A DNA stretch of 64,000 bases from Amoeboaphelidium protococcarum X5 (GCA_023515725.1 JALDTO010000098.1:152615-216614); one strand, 5' to 3'; shown: positions 40,084 to 54,108, numbered from the stretch's first letter. Translations and numbers: made by a program. Notes: a model not told the origin generated them from the letters alone.

Positions 40084-41196
40084 TATTGCTGAAGAATGAC
40101 AAAGAAGCAACTCTTTCGATTTGGTACAGTTTAAGCGAGTAATAATGGAGCGCCTCATATGGTGATTTGGGCCGTGATATATATAAAATTTTTTGCTCTT
40201 CTGCGTAGTTCCCGCTAAAATCTAATGTCGACGTGCTGAATGGTCTAATTGGGTTAGATGTTGAAGGTGAATAGGCTTATAGGCAGTATCGCAATGTTGC
40301 CGACGCGTTGATTCGGGATCCGGTGTAGAATCGTAAAATTGATGCTGTTTGCCAACTGGTGTAATAGACTATTGCCTTTTGCCGAGACAATCCTTATAGT
40401 AGAGTACCATTTATTTTTGTTGATGGTTCATCTGGGATAGGAAAGACACAGTTGGCATTTTGTCTCTTGCAAAAGTGTCGTGGCTAGTAATCAGTTGGCA
40501 GCTCGAATACACCTATTTGTTATCTATTACCTACGGGTCAGGACGAGTACTCTTAGCCGATTTATCGATGATATGACAATGCTAGCTCTCTATTCTCCTA
40601 GTGCATAGACAAAGATTTGGCTAATTTGAATGATAATCCGAGTATAACCATTCTCCGACACAGTTCTCTGTTCACTTTTGGCTTCCTGAAGAATTTGCTA
40701 TCATAGTATGCGTTGCCACATCTGTAATCAAGTATGTATACTGGCAATTTTAAACTTACTAAAGTTGCGATTGAGGCTTGAAAGTTATAGACAATTAAAG
40801 ATTTACTTACAGAGAGTCATGTATCGTCGTCTGCATCCTACTGTGTTCCGGTGATTATTATTGACGAATATGCGACGGCCAGATCCAACGATAGTTCCTA
40901 TGATATTCGCAAGTGGAGATTTATGCGCAACGTTTGCAGAGCTTTGCCGTGTTGTCTAGTGTTGATGGGAATCAATTCTTCTGCAGTGAATCTTATTTCC
41001 CACGCCTCCTCTAGTAGATCTGATGACGGTTCCCTGTGGTGTCATGTTATTGCTGATTTGCCCAAGTTGTCATACGATTCCTTAATGTATTTGTCTAATA
41101 GAGCTACACAATTTCCTGAAAATAGTCAGTTTTGCCAACTGCTGCTACATTCAAGGCCCCTCTTTGCCAGATTTGCGTATTAGTACTTTGATGATC

Positions 41197-41232
<36 letters not shown>

Positions 41233-42566
41233 TGTTGTAAGGAGTAATTGATTAACCGACATCTGATGGCCGTCTGAACAGCTCCATGCTCGATGAGTTT
41301 TGCAATCATGTATACACTAAAGCAGTGACTGTCAAGGAAATCTACTAAACTGATTACGGAGTATTTGGATAGGTTGCAATGCTGTACAATATGTGCTATG
41401 AAAGTGAGGGCTCTACGGAGACTTCAATGGTGCATCAACACTATGCCTTGCTATATCCCTAAAGTAATATTTCGCTTTATAACACAGCGAATTATTTGTA
41501 CTCTCGGAATCCGGCTGGTGCATTGTCTTCTCAGATGCGATGGATACCTTGTTAAAAGTTTCCCAATATTGAGGATGACATTTTGTTATATCTGAGTCTT
41601 TGTGGTGGTAAAACATATGGCGCAATGAAGTCAACGACAAATCAGCAACAATCTTACATGGCGACGATGGCTTAAATTTAATAAAAAGTTCGTTTAGTTT
41701 GTCGCTGGCTTGACTTTGATAATGCAACTCAGAAAAGTAGTTCCAACTGGCTCCAGTTTGAAGCTCATCTTGTTGCGGCATGTTGTCTTGCCTCTCATCG
41801 CGGTGGAATTGGTGGGATAGAGTTTCCTCAGTTTTTATCTCACTTGATATATGATCTGGGGATTAATAACACGGATTGTAAAGAGGTGTCTGTTGTGGAC
41901 GTTAAAAGTCTTATGGATATAATGCCAACCTTGAAGCATTTCCGGGTGCCTTTCTTGACTCCACCCAACTTATGCTGGCCTGAGTGGTTGTCTTAAGTGG
42001 AGGGAAGCTATTTTGGTCATTGTAAGAGAACTAAAAATGGGGAAAGAATCGACTTCACTGCTGCTGATGGTCGTATATCTGGAGAATGCAAGTCTACTCC
42101 TGTTCTGCGTTCGAGAGATTTATTAAACATTTTGCAGAGAATACCTCAAACGTCCATTCTGAATTTGGTGCTTGTTGATGACTTATAAAGACGCTAATCT
42201 AGTAAGATGGTGTAGAAAGAAGTTAAGTTGGTATCCTCTAGCGGTTGCTTGAATGAATAAGATATTGCAGCGGAAGAGAGCGATAGAATCAATTTCGATT
42301 CAATGGTCGAAGGGCAGGATACAATTAAACAACTGGTGATGAATCGGCGCTTGGTATTTTTGCAGGTGAGTGCAGTGGATGAATTGCCTGCGTTGCGTGA
42401 GATCAAAGGGCTTCCATCTGCCAGTCATAATGCTCAAACTGCAGTCATTTTCATAAAGTTGCAGCTATAGAGAGAGAGTGAGTAAGTGTTAACTGCATTA
42501 AGATTCCATCTCGTATTGTATAAGAAAATGATGATAATGATAGAATATAGCAATTTTATACCATGA
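40084..42566 (+). pseudogene. Crinkler/RHS-type P-loop NTPase plus PD-(D/E)xK nuclease-like protein, 5'-severed, with two in-frame TGA stops
   Basis: Walker A FIFVDGSSGIGKTQLA; Walker B VIIIDE; FMRNVCR..LVLMGINS; HSRPLFA; C-terminal RIDF...ISGECK. In-frame TGA at 40569 and 40779. Confidence 0.8.
41196..41231 (+). repeat. CAG(TAG)11 trinucleotide repeat, an in-frame poly-Gln tract
   Basis: In frame with the NTPase-REase gene and flanked by coding sequence on both sides. Confidence 0.9.
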
Positions 42567-42596
42567 ATTTCTCGAGTGACACATTGAGACTGAATT

Positions 42597-44195
42597 TCAC
42601 GTCATTTACTGCTGTAGAAAGCCAGCGTTGAACCCACCAAAGCCAGAATCGCGATCTTCTGGCCCATACCATTGTCTACCCTTTCCCTTACTATTATTAT
42701 TACTACTACTTCCCAATACAGCAGAAAAAGATTATTAGGATTATTTTAGTGGCTTTGGCAATTTAGGAACCGTCTTTTATTATCCAGCTTTACTCTATGC
42801 TATTACACGTTTCCAATATACCTCATCCTATAAAATAGCGCCATTCTTTTATTTCAATGCGTCGATATACTAATTTAGTTATGAGTGTCCATTCACTGCA
42901 GCCTACCTATCATCCATTATAGAAGAATCATTTTATAAAACTAAATGCATTTAACGAGTAGAGTATCCAAACTGCTTCGTCAAAACTCTCACTATACGAT
43001 TTAACTCTTCATCCGCCTATGGGTTCCCATTATCACTAGGGATACCCAACATCTTTCTTAGCCGTACCAGAGTAATATCAGAATACACTGAGGCAATCTG
43101 AGTGCGGACATAATGAGCCTTGAACACATCCTAACACATCAAAACCAGACTATAATTACCATCTGCCTGATAAGACTATTTACTACCAGCATCCTAGTGA
43201 ATGATTTTAACAATATTATCATACTGGCTGAGAGAGGAACATTCGTAAGCCTAGGCTAAGACCCAATAGCCAGATGCCATCTAATGATAGATAATGTATT
43301 TGGAACATCGTGGCTATTGGCTGAATGTTCTACGCGATGGATACTCTCCATCTAGAATAAGAGACAATAAGAGATACTTTTTGAAAGCCTCCAACTTGAT
43401 CTTACTCAACACAGTATTACTATCACTCATACGAAGATTCATACGCGCACTTTTACCACCTTCATGTCCTCCATTGTCCATCATTTATTAATGTTACTGT
43501 TATAGCTATTGAGATGGCACAATATCCAGTACATACTTGAACATCTGTCTTGCCAGTGGAAAGTCGCGTTACAATACGCCAACCTGACCACAGTTATACT
43601 AAAATTCGAGATAGTGTTGAACATTCTGATTATCAGACGGTGAATACAATATCGCCTTCTTGCAATAATTTAGGACTTGCACAGGCTCTATGTCAATACT
43701 ATAATCTTGATGACCACTATTCTTTGTCACAATCAAAAGATAGAGGTGCAAGAATAGCGACTAAACAATAGTAATCTTTGACTAAGATGCTGCAACTTCA
43801 TATAGAGTATTCATCACCTGAGGGCAAATAAGCAGCTTCTCCAGCGCAGTGAACAAATGCTTATACATTTACCATTAAAAGTCTACAGATAAAAAGGCTT
43901 TTAATTACATGCAACATGAAGCAGCAAATCTCTCACTTATAACAATACTATCTCTGTTCAGCAATACCAGAGATATAATCGCGTCACTTTCAGTAGTTAC
44001 ATGACTATTAACTAAATTACCGCCATCAACAGAAAGAGAATTAGAGCGACCATTACCACCGGCGAATACTTCACTAACATCAATGCCTTCACCCAGCCGA
44101 GTTGCAAAATCACAGAGTTTACTGTACAATTGAAACTAGTTCAACTATGTATGTTTAGCAGCTTCATCTCTCAACTACTAACGGATCATCACCAT
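42597..44195 (-). CDS. CSN3: Divergent COP9 signalosome subunit 3 (PCI family) (532 aa)
   Basis: QHYLEFQYNCGQVGVLQRDFPLARQMF; KIKLEAFKKYLLLSLILDG; QADGNYSLV; IASVYSDITL. One frame from ATG 44195 to TGA 42597. Confidence 0.72.
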
Positions 44196-44928
44196 TTTTA
44201 ATATTCCCTTGAAGATATATAACTCTCTTTTATTCTCAATTTATAGTTGGAGTGTGGAACGGAGCCTTATTATAAGCTTATAGACAATAAAAATAACCAC
44301 TGCAACTAGATAAAGTCAATTGCAGTATATTTCGTGTAACAAAACAACAAAGAGAGAAGAGAAAGAGACTGGAGGAGAGAACAGAGACGAATTATAACGG
44401 ACTTTATTGATTGAATAATCGAACGATTGGACTGACGCGTCTGGCGATCGGATCGAAGCCATTCAAGTGTCAAGCAGTAAAGGACCGTGATCCATCCGTT
44501 CAGAGGGGTTCGACGTAGAGATAAGCCCATAATGGACGTGATTTGTTATATTACGCAATCATTTACCTCTTCATAATTCTCCCACTCTCTATTATCACTG
44601 CGATAAGACGTGTAATGTTAAAACGCAACTCTATGAATATGTTCTATCATTGCAAACTGGATTGCAAAATGCGTATGAAATTTATTCCCATTCACTGCTA
44701 TATTAGTCGAGTTCATTTTCATAGTAAGATATTAGTCAATTTAAAGCAAGGCAAACGTCGCGATTATAACACGAAGCTACAATATATATCACAGGGGCAT
44801 CTTACCTCCTGTGACTGACTGAGCATAGATCGCTCCTAATATAAAAATTGGGATACTGGCTGCTTTTAAACTTTTTTATTGATTTTCCAGTGTCGTGTAT
44901 TTGGTAAACTGGAGCAGGATAATAAGCT

Positions 44929-46902
44929 ATGATATACTGGCATTTAATATCGATGATACTCTTTATCATTATATAGATTTTGAGTATCTCAGTACTGGCT
45001 GAGTAATTGACGATTCATGATCTTGTTAATAAGCACTATGCTCAATCAGTCGCCTTTCAAGGCCCTGTTGCTTTTTATTCGCCGCGCTGTAAGGGCATAT
45101 ATGACAAGATTACATTTACTTAATTACCATCTCATTTTGGTGACATTTCTGGGTATAAGGCAGATATGACTCGGCTCATGTCTTGGCTGGCGGATGATCA
45201 GGTGGGAGCTTCCATTCAATAGCTTGATGTGACCAGCTGTCTAACTCCTTTGTATGACATGGTTGATGGTGTCGACAGCTATCGCGCTTCATATGAAAAG
45301 CCCTTCTTCATTTATGGCTTCGATTATACAGAGTAATCGGCTATTGACTCAATGGTTGAATAGAAGAGATTGGTTCTGTATCAGAAAATATTCCACTCAA
45401 CGTATAAGCTCAGTCTGCGCAGTGACGAGCGTCTGGTAAATTAAGGAAAGCTTCCTCTCTGTATGCCTAATCTGATTCAGGTTCTGCCTGATTAAATGGT
45501 AAAGAAGGATTTGGTTGATATCGTGATCTATTTGCATAATCCAGAATTCTCCGTCCGTTTGATCAAATTGATTTTTTGGTACTTTTAGTCTCGTAACACT
45601 TTATCATAACAATAATAATAATAATTATCTGTAATCTAAAGCAGGCCTAGTGTTGGCCCTAATGCTGAAGAATTTGTAATCTCGGTGATGTAATCTGCGA
45701 TAACTCATAAGAGAGTTGCATTGGCTTAGTTGCTGTTTGCGAATCATTTCCATATTGATATGAGGATGACGCGTTAGTTCTTTGTTACATCTATGGGTAT
45801 GATTAATACTTATGGATCTCTGAGGGATTCGATCAAAATGTTGGCTGTCTTGGAAAATGTTCGAGATTTTACGCTATTAGCCGTGACAGAGTCTTAGTAG
45901 TCCTAGATGATTTAACTGTTCCTAGAGGTATTTACTTAGAAAGCCCACTATGATTTTGTACGTCCTGCTTATTCACTGCTGACTGCAGCAAAAGATTTGA
46001 CCCATACTCATCCAGGCGTAATAGCCTCTGCCTTCTAGACTATGAGTAATCAGTAAACATTGGCGTATTTCTAGCATCTTCCTGTTAAATATAAGACTAT
46101 CTTCTTAAATCTAAAAGTTGATGCGCAACTGCTTTTGGTAAACTTTGGTCAATTTACTTTCCATTAGCTGAACAAGGATTAATTTCATAGGCTCTCTTTT
46201 AGTGTTAGACTAGCGTTGCTAAAGAGAGAAGCTCATGGTGTGTAAAGTGAGGACGACTAAGGTCAGCCGATCAGGCCTACTGTGAATACTCACTTCTCTG
46301 GCCATATATATTTGTCTTATCCATCTTAATAAGATAAATTTTAACAGGCTCTATTCAAAAATCTCTATGACGATAACATTTTGAAATAGTTGCGTCAAAT
46401 GTACATGAGGGCTTTTCCCTCTGGTTTCACTCAATCTGTGGACTTTGATCGCGCTTTGTTGAGATTAGATTGGGCATAGTGTCGCTAAAAGTTTCAAATC
46501 ATGGAATTAGAGTCCCGATAGTATTGCCTTTTACTGGCCAGGGTCATATATTTGAGAAAAGGATAAAATCCTCATGATGGCTTTATGGCTGACATTTCTA
46601 CTGATAATCCTCCGCCTCCACCTGTAGATCCTTTGTAATTTACCCCTTAAGCACTCGTCTTCAGAGATTCTAAACGCGTATATCCTTCTGATATGGTAAC
46701 CTTCGCACCTCAGCAAGTCAATGCCAATATGGAAACTGCGGGCTTGCAGACTGAATAAATTCACGTTTAAGATGGCGGCTAAGAATTAACGCGTAAAAGA
46801 AGACTGGATCATGACTAGGTAGATCAGAATTAGCCCAAATTGGGGCGTTTTGACGACTACAGCTTTATAGATTAATTGTTCGTTTCTGACAACGATCAGT
46901 GA
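44929..46902 (+). CDS. Secreted effector-like protein, subfamily A copy 1 (657 aa)
   Basis: Signal peptide MIYWHLISMILFIIIQILSISVLA; start and stop in frame; paralog of 47523-49427; C-terminal TRKRRLD and DDYSFIDQLF. Confidence 0.85.
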
Positions 46903-47522
46903 ATTACAGTGCAATCCTCATGCCGACTGTCAAGCTCTTTCACGAGTTACCTAATTATTAGATTTGAAGTTAATAGAAACTAGATGAACGATTTAATTTT
47001 AATGTCGCCGTTTTTGAAAATCGTCTCTACCAAGCCATAGCCACGTTTAGAGTTCCTATGTACATTTTAAGCCGTCTTCTGATTGACTGCAACTTTATTA
47101 CTTACCAACGCGCTGCGATTCTACTGTACATTGGCTGAAACTGACTGTTGTAGGATATGATAGTCAGTTACGCGTCGCTTTAATGATTAATCACATACAA
47201 AGCAACAATCCTGACTTTATTACATTCGTCTGCCATCGAATGGATCCAAAGCCTTTGACTGGAAAGCTTGCGTGCCATTCCCGGTTGTGAATATGATAAT
47301 GTGTACTGTAGTCATTTAGAGAAACCATTCACCAACGCATGTGCACAAACAGTGCAGACACGGGGGCTACTCTCCTTAATTGATTGAATCAAAGATCAAC
47401 TAATCGTGTTCGACTCTGGAAAGATCTACAAAAACTGACTCACTGCCTTAATCTTTTAGATTACCAATTTTTGTTATAAGTATTAGGCTTTCGTTAAAAT
47501 TGAGTGATACTGGGGAAGAGTG

Positions 47523-49427
47523 ATGGTGAACTAGCATTTAATTCTGATGATAGTCTTTATCATCATCTAAATCTGGAGCATCTCTGTGCTGGCAGAAAAT
47601 TTGAAAATTCGCGATCTTGTTGATAAGCACTATGGTCAGTCTGTTGTCTTTGAAGGGCCTGCTGCTTTTAGATCACCGCAATGTAAGACTATATATGATA
47701 AGATTACTTTTACTGAATTACCATCTCGTTTGGGCGATATTCCTGGATATAAGGCAGATATGAGCTAGCTCATGTTCTATTTGGCATTTGATCCTGTCGG
47801 CTCTATACTGCAAAATTTGGACGTGAGTACTTGCGTAAAATCTCTATATGACATGGTTGACAGCTATGACGCGTATCGCCCGTCGATCTTGAAGCCATTC
47901 TTTATCTACGCGTTCGATTATGCAAAGTCAATCGTTATCAATTCCATGATTGCGTAGCGGAGAAATGTCCTCTATGAAAAGATATTCGACGTCACTTAAT
48001 TACCCAGTTTATTGAAAGACGAGCTCCTGTTTAAGGATGGAAAGTCGCCTCTTTGTACAGAAAGCCTAATGGATGCTTTGCCCATCCACAAGTTCGGAAT
48101 GGATTTGGCTGAGAATGCATTCTATTCCAATAACCAAGATTTTATATATTACTTAATCAGCTTGGTCTTTCAGAGGCTTGGCTCTGATGCTGGCAATTTC
48201 TTGGCCAAAATGATGTACTCATCAATTAGCCTCAAGAGGACTGTGCTGTCTCAGTTGCTTTATGCGAATCATTTCGAAAGTAATACCGAGTTGACGCGTT
48301 AGTTTTTTACCGCATGTGCGGACAAGATCAATATGTATGGAGTGTAGCGTAATTTGATCAATATGCTGGCTGTATTGGATGTTGTTCGTGATTTTACATT
48401 GGTACCTGTGGCGGAATCTGGGCAGTCCCGCCTAAATTTATTGTCTATAGAGGTGTTGACTCAGGTTGTCCAGTATCATTTTGTGTTTTCGTCTTATGCG
48501 CTACTGACTGGTTCGAAGGATTTAAATCACGATCATCCTGACGTTATAGCGGAGTCCTTTTAGACTATGAGTGCTTAGCAGATATTGAGATATTTCTATC
48601 CTTTGTGTCCGGAATAGAAGGCTGTCTTTGTTAGGCTTAGAGTTGATGCTCAGTTGCTTCTGGTACACTTTGCTTAGTTCTCATTGTAATAGGTGGATCA
48701 GGTTTAGTTTCATAGGCTCAAATTTAATGTTAGGCTGGCGTTGCTGAAGAGAGAGGCACCATCTGTTGTGCAGAGCCAGAATCAGCAGGATAATGAAATG
48801 CGCCGTAGTAGAACTATGGAATCTTCTGGCCATGTGCTTCAGCCCGCTCAACATCAGTAGGTAGACTTTTTGCGCGTTCTGGATTAAGGGGGATACGATA
48901 ATAACATTGTAATCTTATTGCGTAAAATGTACATGAAGGTCATTTACTCTGATTAATAAGCTCAATCTGTGGACTTTGATCGCGCTTTGTTAAATGTAGA
49001 TTGGTCGCATTGCCGTGCCAACTTCCAACTCATTTAGTAGGATTCCCGTTTATATTGCCTTCTATTGGCCAGAATTGTATTTCTGAGAAAGCAATAAAAT
49101 CCTCATGATGGCTTCATGGCTGACATTTCTGTTGATTAGCTGCCTCCTCTTGTAGATACTTTGCACTTTCCTACCTTTTAAGGCGATCCTAGGTACCGTA
49201 ATGGCGTTTTTCGTTCCGATGTGCGGATTTTTGCACCATCTCAAGACACTACTCTTGAGGATGATACGACATAGTAGATTGAACAGGCTCGGGTATAAGA
49301 AGGCCATGAAAATTTATAGCGTTAGAGAAGAGTGGATACTTACGAAGCGCAGTAGCAATTGGCTGTAGCGGATGGTGGTAATGATAATTATTTTGATGAA
49401 ATCTTCGCCATGGACATGAGCCATTGA
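47523..49427 (+). CDS. Secreted effector-like protein, subfamily A copy 2 (634 aa)
   Basis: Signal peptide MVNQHLILMIVFIIIQIWSISVLA; colinear with copy A1; ends DNYFDEIFAMDMSH. Confidence 0.85.
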
Positions 49428-49998
49428 GTGTTACTCTCTAGCCGGACTCTAGAAGTTCATGGGTTGTCGCTAAAGGAGAAATATAATGATAATAGAATCT
49501 GAAATATAGTCAAATGTTTTAGCACCTCTAATGAGTACAATAGTTGAACGTTTAGTCTTTAATCTAGCAATTAGCAGCGACTCCATGTTATAGTAATGAT
49601 TGCGACGTGTAAGAGCGTAGTGTTTTTGATTGGCCGTCTGCAACCTTCTCTTAGAACTAGGAAACGTAAGATGTCTGATGAATCGGAGTATCTTGGTGTC
49701 TATTCGATGAATCTTGAAGTTAAACGATTAGAGATGAACAATGAACAAAGCACGAACTAAATTGAGCTAACATTTCGCGTTATTTAATCAGGTTGCGTTT
49801 AAACACTACAGCTTTGCATAGTCCGAATTAAACTTCACTTTTGCCAAGGTACCCCTTCATTTAAATCGCGATGAGATTCAAAGACTGAGGGGTTTGGTCT
49901 AGACTTTGCTAGAATGGCCGAGGCCTTTTCAGATTTTGGCGTCGGGAATTTGTCACATTCGTCGGTTGAGGCCTTTGGGAACATTGAGATTACGAGAG

Positions 49999-51735
49999 AT
50001 GATGTTGCTGCTGGTACCTATATTATTAGGCGTGGTGTAAGCGTTAAGCTTTCACGATCTGCTATCCAGGCACTATTCTGGCTGGAGGCTGTAAAATGTG
50101 ATAAATAGCTTGTACTCTGAAGATCTCGCTCTCAAGACTTAGTGTTTTACGCTTTTGCAGTATGGAGTCGACTTTCAACCGCTGCAATAACAGCTTGCAA
50201 TGTAGCACTAGTACCAGCTAGATCTGTCTAACGTTGTTAAGTAACAATCATCTAGTATGATTGCCAACGTGATACCTTTTCAATAACTTGTGAAGTGTCT
50301 GGATCCGCTGTTTACGCGCGATTTTTCGTTTGAGATTCGCTAATATAAATGGCTTGATCAAGATTAGATTGGAAGCGCTGACGATGTGACTGCTGACTCT
50401 GCTTACGAACTATTGGTTGCCGTGTTCAAAGATGTTCTTCTACCTATGCATGAAAGAGACTTGGATCTTAAAGCGCGATATCGCTTGGATATGGCTGTTT
50501 AGTCAGTCATTGGGGCGGTCTCGAAGCCGATTTTATTCCATAAGCTCATACCGATTGTAGTCTAGCTATAGAAAAGGAGCGTCTTAACCACCATCATCAA
50601 TGCTATGCTGTTGGAACGCTAAGATATTACCAGCAGTATTATCGCTGCGACTTTTGGTTGTGCTATTCGAAGTAACAATATTGCATCTGCTCGAGTTATT
50701 GCTAAGTAATATATTCACGGCAACGAAGCGTTTGAGTTTTAGGCTGTAGACAAATTAGTGGAGTATCTGGCAACATATATTCCAACTTTTGATTTCAATC
50801 GTCTGCGTGATGAAATTGCTGCATTGGTCATGGTGAATAATTTGATGCCACAGAGTAACTAATATGGTTTGACAATCGATTTGATTAACAGTTAAATGAC
50901 TGCACATTAAATTCCTCAATACGTGTAAAGTTTATTTCAAGAGATGCTTTAGAACGAGCAATTATAGTCGAATATGCTCACATTAAACCAAATAACTAAT
51001 ATTGTGTAGCTGATGACCGAGACTGACTTGATCAGGTATTTTGATACACTGCCTTATCGATGGAACTTGTACGCCAAGTTAACTCAAAGATTAAAGCTGG
51101 AACTTATAAATTAGTTGCTTGTCCCTGGAAAATTTATATCTAACAAGTAGTTCTTGTAGCTAACTTTCCAGACGCGTCTTAAGATACTGATGGACATTTA
51201 AAAGGGAGAATCTGACTTGATCAAAGCCTTTGAAGTTGTGATGTAGGAGTAGACGTCTCCTTGGACTGCTGAGCGAATCCCTGTCATTGATGATTATGTC
51301 GACAAGCTTATTCCTAGATATTCTGACTCGAATGGCGTCTTATTGATTGAGGACGTTCAGCAGGAACATTTAGTGCTGGATCAGCTGTCGAAACTGTAAT
51401 TTGTTGAAGAATACCTTCAGTTGTGGGCGTATCATATTCTGATTAAGCGCATTTTGTTTCTTTACGGGAGCACTCAATAGCATGCTAGATAGTTAGATTA
51501 GGAAGATGAACATAAGATGCTTGCAGAGTTTGTACTGGATGCAAATGCTGAGTACTTGTTTCCTCAGGGTGATTAAATGGAAATAGAGCGCGTCCAGCCA
51601 TCAACTTCTGATAACTATGTCTCAGATACTGATCATCTGTTGGATCCACATTAGATTTAGACGGACTTAGAAGACTTTGACGTCGACCTTGATAGTGAAG
51701 AATTTGCCAAAGTATTAAAAGATATATATAAATGA
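49999..51735 (+). CDS. Secreted effector-like protein, subfamily B copy 1 (578 aa)
   Basis: MMLLLVPILLGVVQA|LSFHDLLSRHY; YQLDLS...CLDPLF; ends EDFDVDLDSEEFAKVLKDIYK. Confidence 0.85.
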
Positions 51736-52158
51736 CTGGAATAAACGCTTCAAATTTAGTATGCAAGTGTTGTTTCTTCTCAAGTATCTGACGCGTATAA
51801 TTCAGTCGCTCAGGAAAGGGGAGTACTATAGGGGAGCTGGAAAAAAGCATTTGAGCTCAACATTTAATAATCAAGCTTCGAGTAAACCACGCTGTATTCA
51901 GTAAGAAGTTCAACGCGACGACAATAAAGCAGACAGTCGATCTCCGTATGAAAAATGTTAAGCTTTGTCATGGATGCAGAGCCAATGCACTAATGATTCA
52001 CCATTACTCGTGGGAGACCCCTGATTCGCGGAATTTCTGAATATAAGAAGCTAGGGGCCCTGAATGTGAAAAAAAATTATCCGTTACTCTCTGCTTAGCA
52101 TTTCTCACACTTTCATCCTTATATACAGTCATAAAATCTTGGTGATTGCGTGATAAGC

Positions 52159-54108
52159 ATGGTGTATTTTAGGCATTTTTTGTGTGTGATGGTCTCCTTT
52201 TACTAAATGCTTTCAGTCAATGCGACAACGTATTCCTTGTTAGAGCTTCTACCTCTTAGAATGAGTAATCCACTCTATGATGTATTTAATCATGGGCTCT
52301 TGATTGATCAATTGCAGAATGTCTAATGCTATCCTCTGTATGATCATATCAGACTGGTTTAAATATGGCCTGAAACTGATGCGTTCTAATTGGATTTGAG
52401 TTCTTTGATGGCATAGCTGACGGTTGACAGTCAAATCAGTAATGTGGATCCTACATTTCTATAGCAATGCCTTAAGCCTTTGTATGACGCGTTGGATATT
52501 ATTGACCTTCAAGATGCTGCACAGATTTATAAGCCACTACCTATCATTTCTATTAACTACGTGTCAGATTGGATCTTGTCCACTTAAAGTACCGACTTGA
52601 ATCAGAAGTTGTTCTAGAAGATTTACTAAGTTGCCACTCCCCTGTCACTCGAGCGTGATCTAGAACTCTTTGCTCAAGGCAAGCCTCTGGTGGCCTCTTT
52701 GTACTTGATCCCGGTGTTGCCGACAAGGGAGCTTCTTATCGGTCTCACTAATTTGGCGTTATCATTCACTAATTATAACTTTGGGTATGTTATTATAAAT
52801 TTGATCATGCAGAAGCTGGATAATCATGCAAAGGCTGAATACGTCGTGCATATCATCGCTAAAACGTTGACTCTAAACTTAAGTGAACTTTCCTCAATGA
52901 TCTTCCAAACTTACTTTTACTAGCATGTAGACACGATTCAGACATTCTATGAGATGTGCGTAAGACTTATTTACAAGTATGGCAGTAAGAATTAGCTAGA
53001 GGGTGTGCTTAAGATGTTGATTCTCGTCGATAAATTTAATCGGCTGGCTGGGAACTCGAAAGAGATCTAAAATCTCAATATCATGGCTGACTCGGCTCTT
53101 GAGCAATCTCTGGGTCACTACAGATTTGTTAGCTCTGCTTTTCATAAGATGTGCTAGAAAAAAGTCCCGTCGCTAGTTACTGATCTCGATGTTGTAGTGG
53201 CTGCTTTTAATAGTATGACCGACACCGAACTGTAGCTCTATTTCAGTCCTCCTATGAATGGATAACATATATTTCTGTAATTGGGGCCTAGTTAACAAAT
53301 GCATTTAGCGCAGTTTAGATATTTCACGCTATAAGAGTTATAACCTCCAAGATAGCTGCACCTTCTAAATTTTGAGACTCGGTTCGCGTTGCTTTATCGA
53401 CATTTATCATTGGATCAGCCTAATGATCATGACTTGGCCAGCATTAAATATGGATCAACATCAGGCACTTCTGCCGGCTAACCTGTAGCATTTAATTACG
53501 AGATATTTTTGAAGTCATTAGCGTCGGGTGTATTTGACCAGAGTATAATGTCAACATTTCGCTAGTATTATCTTTAAGTGAATGGTGAGCTTGATTTGGC
53601 ACTATTGAATGAAGATTGGAGTTAATGCCGTTAAGGGAAGAATGTGCTAAGTCAAGACGCCAAATCTTATTGCCTCTTATTGGGCAGACTGTAAAATCTA
53701 TTTTCACAAGAGCAAGATAAAGCTTAGTCCGCGAGTAGAAACGAGTTAATTGTCAAGCCTACACAACCTATTCAATCTGCGGTGACTGATGATATAAGTA
53801 TAATGGATGGTATATATTATATAAGCCGTGTAGTTACTACTGGAGATATTGCTTCAGCACCTAAAGATCATTCCAAACTTTAGCCGATGCTGAGTAGTCC
53901 TCTCTTTAGCGGGCAACAGCAGTAACCTAATCTTATGGGCGATTCTCCAAATACAGATGATTCTGGATATTCAGTCTTGACTTCTGGGACGCAGTTTGTG
54001 CCACAATAGCCTATGCCGGTACTGCTACAACAATTTCAAGTCCCGTAGACCGCTGCTGAACCCAAAAAGCGAGGACGTCCATAAAAGAAGAGGTAGAAGT
54101 TTGATTGA
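52159..54108 (+). CDS. Secreted effector-like protein, subfamily C copy 1, with a C-terminal AT-hook/NLS (649 aa)
   Basis: Signal peptide MVYFRHFLCVMVSFYQMLSVNA; FQLDLS...CLKPLYD; ends EPKKRGRPQKKRQKFD. Confidence 0.85.

Noticed and set aside
40569-40781. Selenocysteine or TGA recoding in the NTPase gene
   Set aside because: The gene is already severed by the insertion, I saw no SECIS evidence, and TGA is the sole stop codon. Nonsense mutations are the simpler explanation.
42620-43500. Retrotransposon integrase fragment
   Set aside because: Translation shows it is the C-terminal half of the CSN3-like gene.
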